A stretch of 64,000 nt of DNA, from assembly GCA_044892525.1 (NCBI GenBank), contig CM097885.1, forward strand, positions 16,370,001 to 16,434,000, given 5' to 3'. The position numbers were made by a program, and so were the translations under genes. This document shows, one piece after another, positions 1 through 10,842 of this stretch. Position 1 is the first letter of the stretch; every line of letters starts with the position of its first letter. Below the pieces are notes generated by a model. That model did not search any database, was not told the origin of the DNA, and was given only the letters and a program-made list of their open reading frames with translations. Source of the DNA: Schmidtea polychroa. Taxonomy: Eukaryota.

Positions 1-59
1 TATATGTGTTCTTTTTTAATTTAATTTTTGGGGGTAAGATAACACGGAAGTATCAATAG

Positions 60-1110
60 CATTTACTATACCATTCAAAAAAGAAATCATTGAACACATG
101 GACCAAGAAACTCTTGTTACAAGACTAGAAAATTCTTGAGTGAACGAGGTAAATGTGATTATAGTGAATCTAAGTTCCAACAATGGTTTTTGAATAGAAA
201 AAATATTCAAAATAGTCCTCATTGGTGATGAAAGTAGTTGGCGGTTGGAGAAAGACATCACTTGGTTCTCTTGAGGAGATTCTAGTGAATGAAATAATTG
301 AGATGAGAATAAGAACATTTATATTTGATCGTGCTCTTTCCTTGGCTGATTTTGGGTTTTATGGCAAGAAATTACCTTTCGCTTAGAAGAAGTACGAATT
401 TCATAACCCTATCTCATGACCAGCTGATATTTTGAGCCATCAACTACATGCGTTATCTTCAATAAGTGCTCTTTAGTATCAATTAATCTAAGACGTTGCT
501 GGTGAATGAAATCGCCATTTACTTTGAAAACAATTGAACTTAGACGGTTGGTTTAAGGGGCCCCAAGCATGTCGTCATGAAGTTGATAAGATTTTCTTCT
601 ATATGGATAACTGTGGCACTACTAGTTTGGTAAAATTGTAGAAAGGCAAAATTACACAAAGGCAAAGATTCACAAAATATTATAAAAAGTGGAAATGTTT
701 TTAATCTGACACAAAGTAAGGCCTGGGTTAATGAAGAACTGGTGATCTTATGAATTGATTTGATGTTAGTCCCCGTAGATGTATCTTTTGGGATTCATGT
801 CGAGCCCATATTGCTGAAAGGGTAAAAGAACATTGCCGAAGGAGTGAAAAAATATATAACATTGGTTATAATATCTTGTAGACTGACGCTGTATCTACAA
901 GCAGGAGATATTGGATTTAATAAAAAATTTGGATATAAAATTTGTCATCAATCAATATTTGTTAGAACTCTGAGAGTATTTAGTTCACAAGAGCAGGTCA
1001 TCCCAAACAGCCAAACCATCTAACTGGACGCCTGGAATAGTCTTTCTGTTGAACATATACTCAATTCAATTATTTCGGCAATGTTTTCGACTAATTTTGA
1101 AGACTGGCAT
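60..1110 (+). mobile_element. Decayed pogo-like (DDE_1/CENP-B type) transposase remnant
   Basis: Frame-broken translations give GFMARNYLSLRRST (HTH_Tc5-like), VNEIAIYFE (MDET motif), KAWVNEEL, WDSCRAHIAERVKEHC and LYLQAGDIGFNK (LQPxD-like). Many stops and frameshifts; boundaries approximate. Confidence 0.7.
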
Positions 1111-1311
1111 ATTTAATGTGGCAATATTTCGTTTCAACTTTCTTAGTTTAAATCATGAACGGTTAATCAAGAAAGTGATACAGTCGAACCCCATATTCTA
1201 GATCTGGCCGATGAATAAAACATTTTCGTCTATTATTTTTTTGAACACAATAAATAGTATGACCAATAATTAATTTTTAATGGTCATAATATTTAATAAT
1301 ATAGTATAAAG

Positions 1312-1524
1312 CAGTGTTTCTCAAACTATGGGTCGCGACCCATTTTTGGGTCGCGAAAGAATTTTTGGTGGGTCGCGATGACTTATGGAAAGATCTACAA
1401 ATATAAATTTTGGAAGTTTAAGCCTTTTAAATTTATTTAATCTTTGTCATGTGGGTCGCAATAAAATTTTTGGCATGAAATGTCAAAAATTTGGGTCGTG
1501 ATCAAAAAAGTTTGAGAACCACTG
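1312..1524. mobile_element. hAT (Charlie-type) MITE
   Basis: TIRs CAGTGTTTCTCAAACT / AGTTTGAGAACCACTG; perfect 8-bp TSD GTATAAAG (1304-1311, 1525-1532); internal GGGTCGCG repeats. Confidence 0.9.
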
Positions 1525-1671
1525 GTATAAAGTGATGATTTCTTGGTAGCAGCATTTATTATTTAAAACAATAAAGTGATAATTTAAGTCTTTTTCATTA
1601 AATACATTATACGCAGCAAAAGGCTTAAATTATCACTTTATTGTTTTATTTAATAATATAATTCATACTAT

Positions 1672-2668
1672 TGTTGAGGATACCTAAATAACAACTTATA
1701 AAGAAATAAATAAAATTACCTGGGGGAAGATCGCCATGACAAACGGGACGATCTAGAGAAACTCAGAAAAGAAAACGGAAGTGAAAAGAAATTAAAAATG
1801 AGAAAGAGAAAGGAAATAAAAGTTATCAAACAGGAAAATAAAAATCAAGGTCAGTACTAATTAATTAGTACAAAAAGGAAAAGGAATTTTGAAATTGGGG
1901 GAAAAGGAAAACAACAATATCATTATCTCGACAGCTTGCCAGTGATAATAGAATTGATGGGAGAAGGCGGTCAAACAAAAAAGGGAAAAGGGAAAACTAC
2001 TTGACAGCTGTCAGAGATAAAAATGGGACAGTCGGGAAAAGCAGGAGAAGGTAAATGGAAAAACACTTGATTATCTGGAGTGCTACAAGGGAAAACTGGT
2101 GAACATGAAATTAGAACAAAAGAGAGAAGAAAATTAGAGACAAAGTGACGTGAAATTGAAAACAATTTGGAAGACGATTTGAGAGACGATTTGAAAGACG
2201 ATTTGAGAGATAAAATTATTGGAGAAAATTAGACGTTGGAGGAAACGTTGTTGGACAAACGATTGTCAAAATAATAATAAAGGAAATAATTGTGGAGAAT
2301 AATTATTGGAGAAGAGTTGAAGAAAAGAATTAGTTGAAAAAATAAAACGAAAAGAAGTTATTTAATTATTTGAATAAAGTTGTGAAGAAAGTCAAAGAAA
2401 ACAACCAGCTCAAAATCCCAGTTTAGAAACCAGTAATTTGTGATCTTTTAATCCGGTGTTATACACAAGTGCTATTCCTCACCGAGTGTTGTAATAAGCA
2501 TTGTATAGTCACCAAGCAGAGTGTTGAATTTATTGCCAGTGTAAAGAGAAAGATTATTTGTGATTAGCAATCAAGATTTCTGTTGTCAAGTGTTATTTGT
2601 GAATCGTATAAAGACACGCTTGGATTCAGAGTAACATTTAAAATTATCACCAACTCAATAACCCAACA
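1672..2668. mobile_element. Solo LTR (Gypsy-like)
   Basis: Starts TGTTGAGG and ends CCCAACA (TG...CA short inverted ends). 4-bp TSD CTAT on both sides, ~1 kb, purine-skewed, no internal coding region. Confidence 0.75.
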
Positions 2669-2686
2669 CTATTTAGCGATATCCGT

Positions 2687-2718
<32 letters not shown>

Positions 2719-2859
2719 ATTGGAAAATTATTTGGTTATAAATAATTTAACCTAAACCAGGCACCGGTATGTAAGCCGAATTATATTGTAATTATTTAAT
2801 TTGGATTAAAAATTATAGAAAATTATTCATTATTAATTCTACTATTTACAAAAATTTAG

Positions 2860-3768
2860 ACGGTATTTATTCTCCTTTTATGTCCATTCACATTTTTCAA
2901 TTTGAACAAAACAAAATTTATCCAATATACCACCTTATCAATGAGATGGTTAGCGTTTGGAATAATGTTCACTTTAATGAGCATTTACTTGGCCCAAGGC
3001 AACGAACCGACCAGTCCGAAAATTGCCTCTTTTGAAATGTCACCAAATCTTCTTGGAATCTGTATATATTCGTTCATGTGCCATCATTCATTGCCGTCTC
3101 TAGTCACGCCTATTAGAAAGAAAAATAAACTCTATTTCTTGATTTTTCTCACTTTTTCTGTTATTTTGGTGTTTTATTTACTCTTGTCTTTGTTGTCGAC
3201 ATTCACATTCAATAAAATCGAATCTTTAATAACTCTCAATTTCGAACCAGCTACTACCTCAGACCAAAAACCGGTTACTGAAATCGCTTTCTTTCAATAC
3301 TATTTGTCATTATTTCCGGTATTTTCTATCAGCGCCAGTTTTCCAATTATAGGAATAACTCTGAGGAACAATTTGCGGAACCTCATTACTTGTGGAACCG
3401 GTCGAAAATTCGACAATTGGTTTCTGGAAAATATGTTCTATCCGTTGTTAGCTATCGTCCCTCCAATTGCTATAGTTTACGGAACGAATAATATCACGTT
3501 TTTGGTAGGATTTACTGGTTCATATGCAGGAACGTTTATCCAATATGTCATTCCGATCTGTCTCGTTTTATGTGCTAGAAGAAGTCTTGATATCTTTATG
3601 AAGAAATTTCACGATCACAGAGAAAGCCGTCTAGATATAACGCCAGAGCAATTGTTTCTACCATTCCAGTCTCCTTTTCGACACAAAGCTTGGTCTATAG
3701 CTATTCTTGTTTGGTCTGCAGTTTCTATTATATTAGTTACAGTAAATCATTTTTTAGCGAAACCGTAA
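2860..3768 (+). CDS. TMEM104: TMEM104-like amino-acid-transporter-family protein, paralogue A, terminal exon only (upstream exons not found in window)
   Basis: Acceptor tttag|ACG at 2860, in frame with the 288-aa ORF. Motifs GICIYSFMCHHSLPSL, FPIIGITLRNNL and GFTGSYAG. Intron position is the same as in paralogue B. Confidence 0.85.
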   Translation, partial: TVFILLLCPFTFFNLNKTKFIQYTTLSMRWLAFGIMFTLMSIYLAQGNEPTSPKIASFEMSPNLLGICIYSFMCHHSLPSLVTPIRKKNKLYFLIFLTFSVILVFYLLLSLLSTFTFNKIESLITLNFEPATTSDQKPVTEIAFFQYYLSLFPVFSISASFPIIGITLRNNLRNLITCGTGRKFDNWFLENMFYPLLAIVPPIAIVYGTNNITFLVGFTGSYAGTFIQYVIPICLVLCARRSLDIFMKKFHDHRESRLDITPEQLFLPFQSPFRHKAWSIAILVWSAVSIILVTVNHFLAKP

Positions 3769-3963
3769 TGATAACGTTTAATGATTTTATATATATTTTT
3801 TGATTGAAAACGATTATTTTTATTTTTCTACTGAGAAATGTTCGAATTTAATGTAATTATTTTAATTTATTTTAGTTGAATTTTGAATATTTTATTGAAC
3901 GTTTGGTATATTCCTAATATGCTACTGTGCTATTTCAAAATTTACGATTATTATTACTATATT

Positions 3964-6300
3964 CAGGGATGCGCTTATTAGTAACCTAAATAGAAACGTA
4001 TCTAGAGCCCTCTGAATGGAGGGAACCACAGCAAAATATGTATTATTACTACAGGATAAATCCGCTAGTTGAAATTGCTAAATTTAATTAAAAAATATGA
4101 CAATAATATTATTTATTGCAATGCCAACGATACATTTGAGCTGAGTGTTTGTTGATACTTAAATAACAAAAACTTATATTGTACCTGAAGTTCATGGTCA
4201 TTAACACAAAATTTATTGAGAAATTCTTCATTAGGCAAAAAGTTATCGGTAAGTCAGTACACATCAAAGGATCCATAAAATGACGTTAAAACGTTTTACC
4301 TACAACATTACTGATGAAAACTACTCTAATAAATGGAGTGGTACAACTAGCACTTCCCGTAGTGAAAATGTTTGATTTTGCTGACTTGCAGTGTGGTGTG
4401 AATATTATAGTTTTCTATTTATTTCTATTATAATTTCTCTCCTTAAATTCATTTTCTGGTGATATTTTGTGAAAATCTTTCAAATTTCCATTCCTATCTC
4501 TCCTTATCGCCATTAATTAAAATTTGTATACTTCTGTTATATCTCTATGATGTGTTTGAGTTGATTTCATGTGATACTTCCTGGTTTGGTTTCATTTTAT
4601 TTTACTTTGGTGTTGAGTGAATTCTATTTAGTTGTTTAATCGATTTTTGGGCGTGTTTTGAGTTTAACTCGACTTCTTGTCATATTTGCGTGCTATGTTC
4701 CGACGCATTTCAGTCACCTTTCAGCTAGTTGGACTCAAAATCAGTTCTAACATAACACATTTTTAGAATCTAGTTATAAATACTTAATTCACGATTCGAT
4801 ATAGATTTATCTATGCATTTATTTGCCACTTCTTTATTGTTCATGGCGTTTTTTATCCTTGCCGTTTTGTCTGCGCTGTTTTTGATGCGCCTTTATTGGT
4901 GGATACCGTAAAAGAATGTAACTTTCCTAGCCCTATAGTACGGCACGCAATGCAATATATGCAAGACATGGGTATCGGTAATATTTAGTTTATCATATAG
5001 ATAAATGTTATTTGCTTCTGTTATTTTATTGAGGTGTTTTCATTTGAATTATCGTATTAAATTTCGGATTTTTAATAATAAAAAATTGTGAATTTTTTAA
5101 AATATGAACATAACATCAATGAAGGAGTTGTAATGAAACTTACTGTTATCTGTCAATTTATCGGGCAGAAACAATTCATTTCTTTGTGATCCTGGAACCA
5201 CTGTAAATTATTTTGACTTCGGAATTCAGATTGATCACATGCAATTTTCTTTAACATTTTCAAATGCATTCGTTGTAATCGATCATTTTTCTTTTAATAC
5301 AACGCTTTTACGCCAAAGGGAAAATATTTGAAATAGATGAACTTGTGAGCATAAAGTATGGTTGGTTGAACAAATCCATAATCGATCTGAAATGCACGAT
5401 GTAGCAAATATACAGTTATAAGAAATATACAGTCAAAATAATTTTTGAAGCACTGTGAATGTAGGTGCTTCACTGTTATTGTGAATGACACAGTAAGGAT
5501 CTCTCGTAAAAACCAATATGCTGTAGTGATCCACTAATGTCGAGATGATATCAATATATGATCTATTAATTATTCACTGTGTCGACTTTTGTTATCCATT
5601 ATTCGCCCATACAATTTTCAAGTCAATAAATCTGTTTCTCAAACATGTAATGGTGCGATTTCCATGAGTTAGACTATGTAAAATGTACAAGTTTACCTAA
5701 TAAAATAATTTTCAAATCCATTTTTAGATAACTGTCGCGTACATCACCCATTTGAGCTTGCCTTCTTAGATTATCCAATACTCAATTATTCGACATTCGA
5801 AATTAAAATAGATATGTTTAAATGTTAAACAATGTTATTCTTCTTATGACCTTAAAAGTGACTTAAAAGTAAATTCTCAGTTGAATCGCCATAATTTAAC
5901 CGCTATTCTGCACTGTGAGTTGATCTTCAGTGTCACAATGAGAAATTTCGCCGATAGTAACTGAATAAAATAAATAACTAGGTTACGTAACATGCAGTAT
6001 AACATTATTTATATGCGGATAACTTTTGGTGGATGACTGCAATTTAGTTTCTTTTTATTTGTTCTATATATTATCCAGTAATAGTTAAGTCTTAGTGATT
6101 CCTCACAGGGAGGTTTGACGTTCTTTCACGAAGTGTCATTTGACAAAGTTTATTGTCAGAACTAAAACGATATCTCATCATCTTCGGTCTTGGTTAATGA
6201 AAACATTCTTGGTAAATGCTTTCTCAATAGACTGTCCGCTGTTTAGTAAAAAATATGACCTCTAGCACTGACATACAATCTCAAAAGCTAAATTTTCAAT
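3964..6300 (-). mobile_element. Possible highly decayed hAT (ZMYM1-like) transposase remnant
   Basis: Only faint motif traces (DISG near 5530) and a CAGGG-type end at ~3964; no open frame; boundaries uncertain. Confidence 0.25.
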
Positions 6301-6444
6301 ATACAAGTGTAAAATAATATAATTATTTTTTACATAGTGACCCCCAATTACCTAATATTGATTACAATTCATTCTTCAAGTTTCGAGACAAATTAAACCA
6401 ATAGTAAATTTATTTCAATAACAAAAAAACTCATTATATAGTCT

Positions 6445-9400
6445 TTATATAGAAACAATTTGATCTGGTTTGAGGACTTTGCTTAACGCTTCGATTGGTA
6501 GGTAGAATGTCTGCAAATAATCTAAATTTCCTACCAAAATCAATTTGTGCTTTGACCGAGTTAGCGCCACGTTGATTCGTCGTTTATCCTTCAGGATATC
6601 CAATGATTCGTTGCCCGACTGTTCCGTTGTTTGATAGGATGATTGCTGCCGAACCAGTGAAATGATGATTATCGATTTGTCTTTGCCTTGAAACTGGTCG
6701 ATAGTGTTGATTTCAATGCCGCCTGTTCTGTATTCCATCAATAAATCTTTCTGCGCATTGTACGGTACTATTATGCCTATTTCTGATTCGCTGATGCCTA
6801 AATCGATAAACCCATTTGCCAATTCAGTCACCAATTGGGCTTCGAATTGATTGGAATAGATTTCATTCGGTTGCTTGTTTTGATGGTTGACAAAAACTAC
6901 CGAATGCCGCAACTCGTTACTGAGACATTGCCGTTTCCAGGACTCCAATCCACTATTCAATTCGATATCTTGGGCAAATGTAGCCTTAGCAACGAGCTCA
7001 TTGGCACAACTGATGCGGTTGTCATAGGTAATTTCATTGCAGAGTCTCAGTATTTCCTCATTCATCCGATATTGGATTGTCAGCTCTGATATAGTGTTGA
7101 TATCGTTAAGGCGGCAAAGATATGCAAACAGGCTCTCATCAAGCCCCTCCAATCTAGCTGTGGGATTCCTCACCAACGGCGGCAATTGGTGCACATCTCC
7201 AGCCAATAAAAATCGCCCGTTTCTCGAATTCATTTTCAACAGGGGCATCAGAGATATTGGCAACGTGATTTGTCCGGCCTCATCGATTATGACGATATCG
7301 AATTTCAGTCGCGATAGCAACGAGTGGTTTGCCGACAGACAAGTGACACCGATCACATTGATCTGTTCAAGTGCTTTACAGAGCTGAGCAACGGTTTCGA
7401 TTGCGTTCCTCTTCATGAAACTGGTCAATGTGCGATCGGAGATCTTGCTGCCCACCCGGTGACTGCCATTCAGATAAATGAAATCCAATTGGCAATCGAT
7501 CAATTTCTCGAGGATATTGCTGACAGCGGAATGCGTGTAACTCGATACGAGCACCCGCTTGCCCAGCTGGACAAATACCCGTATCATAGCAACAACACAA
7601 GAGGTTTTCCCGGACCCCGGATATCCCTTGATGAGAGAGTAACCTCTCGATGATTTGACTGCTCCCCTAATTGCCGACTTCTGATCTTTATTGCAATGTT
7701 CGAAAATCGATTTTTCCACCTTCTCATCGATCGATTGCTTGCGCCGGTTGCTATTGGCAGCGATATTATCGGTAGCAGTCCCGGTATCGGTCACCACTAT
7801 CTGATCTCTATCAATAACATACTGGCGCAACAACCGACTCGTTTCGGATCGATCCATCAGATTCGCCAATACCGACAGATTCGATATCGGTATTTTCATA
7901 TAACTGTTGCGATCGATTCGCAGTTCCTGTGCCGATGAACATGGCAACGGTCTATCAGATAGAATCGACAGCCGATCGATTTCAATAGGTTCACAAACGA
8001 ATCCCGTTGCCATTGCCAACCGGATTCCATCATCCGAGCTCACGATCACATGATCACCTTCGCCGAGCTTTATCGATTTATCCATCGCCTCAAATGCGAA
8101 TGTCAACTGGAATCGATTGCCGGTGAATTTCGACGAATCAAACCGAGCTCTTCTGATCGAATCACTGTTACTATTGGTAGAGATGTTTTTAATGATTTTC
8201 TCACTGGAGCGCTCAGAGAAATATTCGATTAGGATCAGATTTATCCATTTGGTAAGGAATTCGAAATGTTTCGTTGATAAATGATCGGTACTCGTTTGAC
8301 TGAGTGCCTCCATTGTTTCATTGGTCCTTTCATTGGCCAATCGGGAAAATGTCGAACAGAGCGTTAGATAATCGCATTGGCCACAGAATCGATTATTTTC
8401 CAGAACGGCTGGCAGTATATTTGTTCCATTGCCTATTGTCAGCGGATTGGTGATAAACCTCGAGAGGTAATTGGATAATTCATTTCTCAGCATCACAATG
8501 CTCATCACATTCGGGCGCTTGTCGTTGCTTACCCATTTCTCGGAACCGTTTTTGATGTACAACAGCAATCCGGAATCGATATCGGTTTGCCGAGCGTCGC
8601 TCATCAATAATGTGTACAGCATCACTTGGCTTGTGTGCTCCGGGGAAAATGAGGGTTTCCCGGTTTTCAATTCCAACGGCATTATCGACCCGCTCGGTTG
8701 CATCAGCGTCATGTCGATTTTTCCTTTCATTCCGTATTTCACCGACCAAATGCTTTCTTCAATGTCGATTATCGATAATTTTTTCGTGTTTTTTCGCTGA
8801 TCGCTGTCCGATTGGCTGATATTCCGACAAATCCACTGGAGAATTTGAGGGAAATATATTTCCAACTCTTTCATAATTTCATTATCTGTAAATTCATGCT
8901 CATAAAACGAGAGAACTTGTGTTTCTTGAATCAGACAATTTTTGGTTATTTGTTTGATTTTGTCAATGCTTAAATTTTGAACTTTGGAACATTTTTGAAA
9001 GATGGAATGGATAAATGTTCCTAGAACCATGGACTTTTTGCTTTTACCAGAAATATCACTGAAATAATGTTGGAGAACAGATTTTCTTTGACAAAATAGT
9101 GAACCAGTAATAGTGGTACTGTTTAACAGTAAATCTGGATTAATGACTATTAATCCTTGAGTATTGTTTATCTTCCAATACGCTTGCATTGTTATTGGAT
9201 TTATAACATTGCAAATGTCATTCTCGTTTATAAGACAATTTGCCCATAATTCTTCAAGATTCAATTTTATTTGATAGCCATTATTCTCACATGTTTTCAA
9301 TGTAAGGCATTTGATACTTTCATCATGAGAATCTATTTCTATTACAATAAATCGATAAAAATCTTGATTTGGAATATTAGTTGGATAAATATTCTCTTTC

Positions 9401-9627
9401 TCAATTTCATCTATTTCATTTTCGTCATATTCAAAACTATCATTAAAATCAAAATTTTCAGCATCATTTGAAAATTTAATTTTCTTATTCACAAACGAAT
9501 CGTGATGATTTGATAGCCGTTTATGATTTTCATTCAAACTGTTTTTTGAAATAATAATCGGTTTAGATTGTAAATTATTATTTGAATTTGTTAAACCAGT
9601 TTTATTATGACAATTTCTTATATCCAT
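6445..9627 (-). CDS. DNA2: DNA replication ATP-dependent helicase/nuclease DNA2 (single exon, 1060 aa)
   Basis: Fe-S cysteines (FCQRK ... FCGQCDYLTLC); RecB-like nuclease EESIWS..GMKGKID..PLELKTGK; SF1 helicase GYPGSGKT, IIDEAGQ, GDVHQLPP, QYRMN, TIDQFQG, RRINVALTRSK. Confidence 0.95.
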   Translation of the reverse strand: MDIRNCHNKTGLTNSNNNLQSKPIIISKNSLNENHKRLSNHHDSFVNKKIKFSNDAENFDFNDSFEYDENEIDEIEKENIYPTNIPNQDFYRFIVIEIDSHDESIKCLTLKTCENNGYQIKLNLEELWANCLINENDICNVINPITMQAYWKINNTQGLIVINPDLLLNSTTITGSLFCQRKSVLQHYFSDISGKSKKSMVLGTFIHSIFQKCSKVQNLSIDKIKQITKNCLIQETQVLSFYEHEFTDNEIMKELEIYFPQILQWICRNISQSDSDQRKNTKKLSIIDIEESIWSVKYGMKGKIDMTLMQPSGSIMPLELKTGKPSFSPEHTSQVMLYTLLMSDARQTDIDSGLLLYIKNGSEKWVSNDKRPNVMSIVMLRNELSNYLSRFITNPLTIGNGTNILPAVLENNRFCGQCDYLTLCSTFSRLANERTNETMEALSQTSTDHLSTKHFEFLTKWINLILIEYFSERSSEKIIKNISTNSNSDSIRRARFDSSKFTGNRFQLTFAFEAMDKSIKLGEGDHVIVSSDDGIRLAMATGFVCEPIEIDRLSILSDRPLPCSSAQELRIDRNSYMKIPISNLSVLANLMDRSETSRLLRQYVIDRDQIVVTDTGTATDNIAANSNRRKQSIDEKVEKSIFEHCNKDQKSAIRGAVKSSRGYSLIKGYPGSGKTSCVVAMIRVFVQLGKRVLVSSYTHSAVSNILEKLIDCQLDFIYLNGSHRVGSKISDRTLTSFMKRNAIETVAQLCKALEQINVIGVTCLSANHSLLSRLKFDIVIIDEAGQITLPISLMPLLKMNSRNGRFLLAGDVHQLPPLVRNPTARLEGLDESLFAYLCRLNDINTISELTIQYRMNEEILRLCNEITYDNRISCANELVAKATFAQDIELNSGLESWKRQCLSNELRHSVVFVNHQNKQPNEIYSNQFEAQLVTELANGFIDLGISESEIGIIVPYNAQKDLLMEYRTGGIEINTIDQFQGKDKSIIIISLVRQQSSYQTTEQSGNESLDILKDKRRINVALTRSKHKLILVGNLDYLQTFYLPIEALSKVLKPDQIVSI

Positions 9628-10050
9628 TCTAATATAATAAGTTTTGAATTTAATTAAATATTCGAAATTTATTTCATTGTTTGCCTAATATTTAAACAAA
9701 CGTTAATGAATGGAAATAAAATAAAGTTGTTAGGTAAAATTTTCTTAATTTTAATTAAGTATTCTGTAACTTCAATACTATTGAATATTGAGATTGACAA
9801 GATTGACAATACTATTGAGATTGACAAGGACTATCGTATAGTCGAAAATTCTTTCATTAAATACATTATTTGCAGCAAAAGGCTTAAATTATCATTTTAT
9901 TGTTTTAAATAATAAATGCTGCTACCAAGCAATCATCATTTTATACTTTTGAATCAATAGTTTTACGTAAAAATTTAATTTTAATTAAAAAAGTTAATAA
10001 TTTTTAAAGTAATCATTGCGTAACATTATGTTAAATTTTCCCATCTATGT

Positions 10051-10729
10051 TAAGGTAGCCAGGCGTCCCGCTTTTGGCGTGATAGTTCCGATTTTTCACG
10101 ATTTATCCCGCGTCCCACAACGTTTTTCAAAAGTCCCGACTTTTAGAATTAAGTTAAATTTTATGTTTATGAAAATCATTGTTTTGCATTCTAAGAATCT
10201 TACGGACTACTAAGACTGACATTTTGCTTTTCTTACCCAGTTACATTTTATTTGTCTCTAAGATGATACATCTCGTGTTCTAACTGCGTGCTAGGAAGCT
10301 AATAAAACAAATAAATATTACAAATCTGCTACTTATCATAGAAAATTAAGGTAAGTAATTTATTTATATATTTCATAAATACATAAATTTTCTTAAACTT
10401 AGCTTAAAATAATCGTAGTCTTCAATTTTATGTTGATAACAAAAATTATATCACTGACCCTAATCTTAAAAGAAATTTTAGAAAGAAATATAAAAATAAA
10501 ATTTTTACAATATTTTAAAAAATGACAACAATCTACTGAAACAAATTCACTCAAATAAAACATATGTCAAGGAATAAAATATTATACAATTTTTTATATT
10601 TATAAATTGTACTTATGTTAAAAATCAAAAAATATTACCATATTATTTTTATTCTATATGAAAATTTTTGTTGATACCCCCTCCTTCAAAGTTGTCCCGC
10701 TTCACACATCTAAATATCTGGTCACCTTA
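10051..10729. mobile_element. hAT (Blackjack-like) non-autonomous element
   Basis: Ends TAAGGTAGCCAG / CTGGTCACCTTA; subterminal GTCCCG repeats; TSD ATCTATGT / ATCTATGC (7 of 8 match). Confidence 0.8.
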
Positions 10730-10842
10730 ATCTATGCAATATGTACACAAGTCAAATACACGTTATGTTAAACTAAATAAGAATAACATGAAATAGATAA
10801 AAATGAAACTCATTCAACATAATTATATTTAAATTTCAATAG

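Noticed and set aside
6835..9471. Multiple overlapping ORFs inside DNA2
   Set aside because: Shadow frames arising from the GC-richer coding strand; no recognisable motifs.
6445..9627. Cas4-like Fe-S nuclease fused to a helicase as a defence system
   Set aside because: This is the normal DNA2 architecture.
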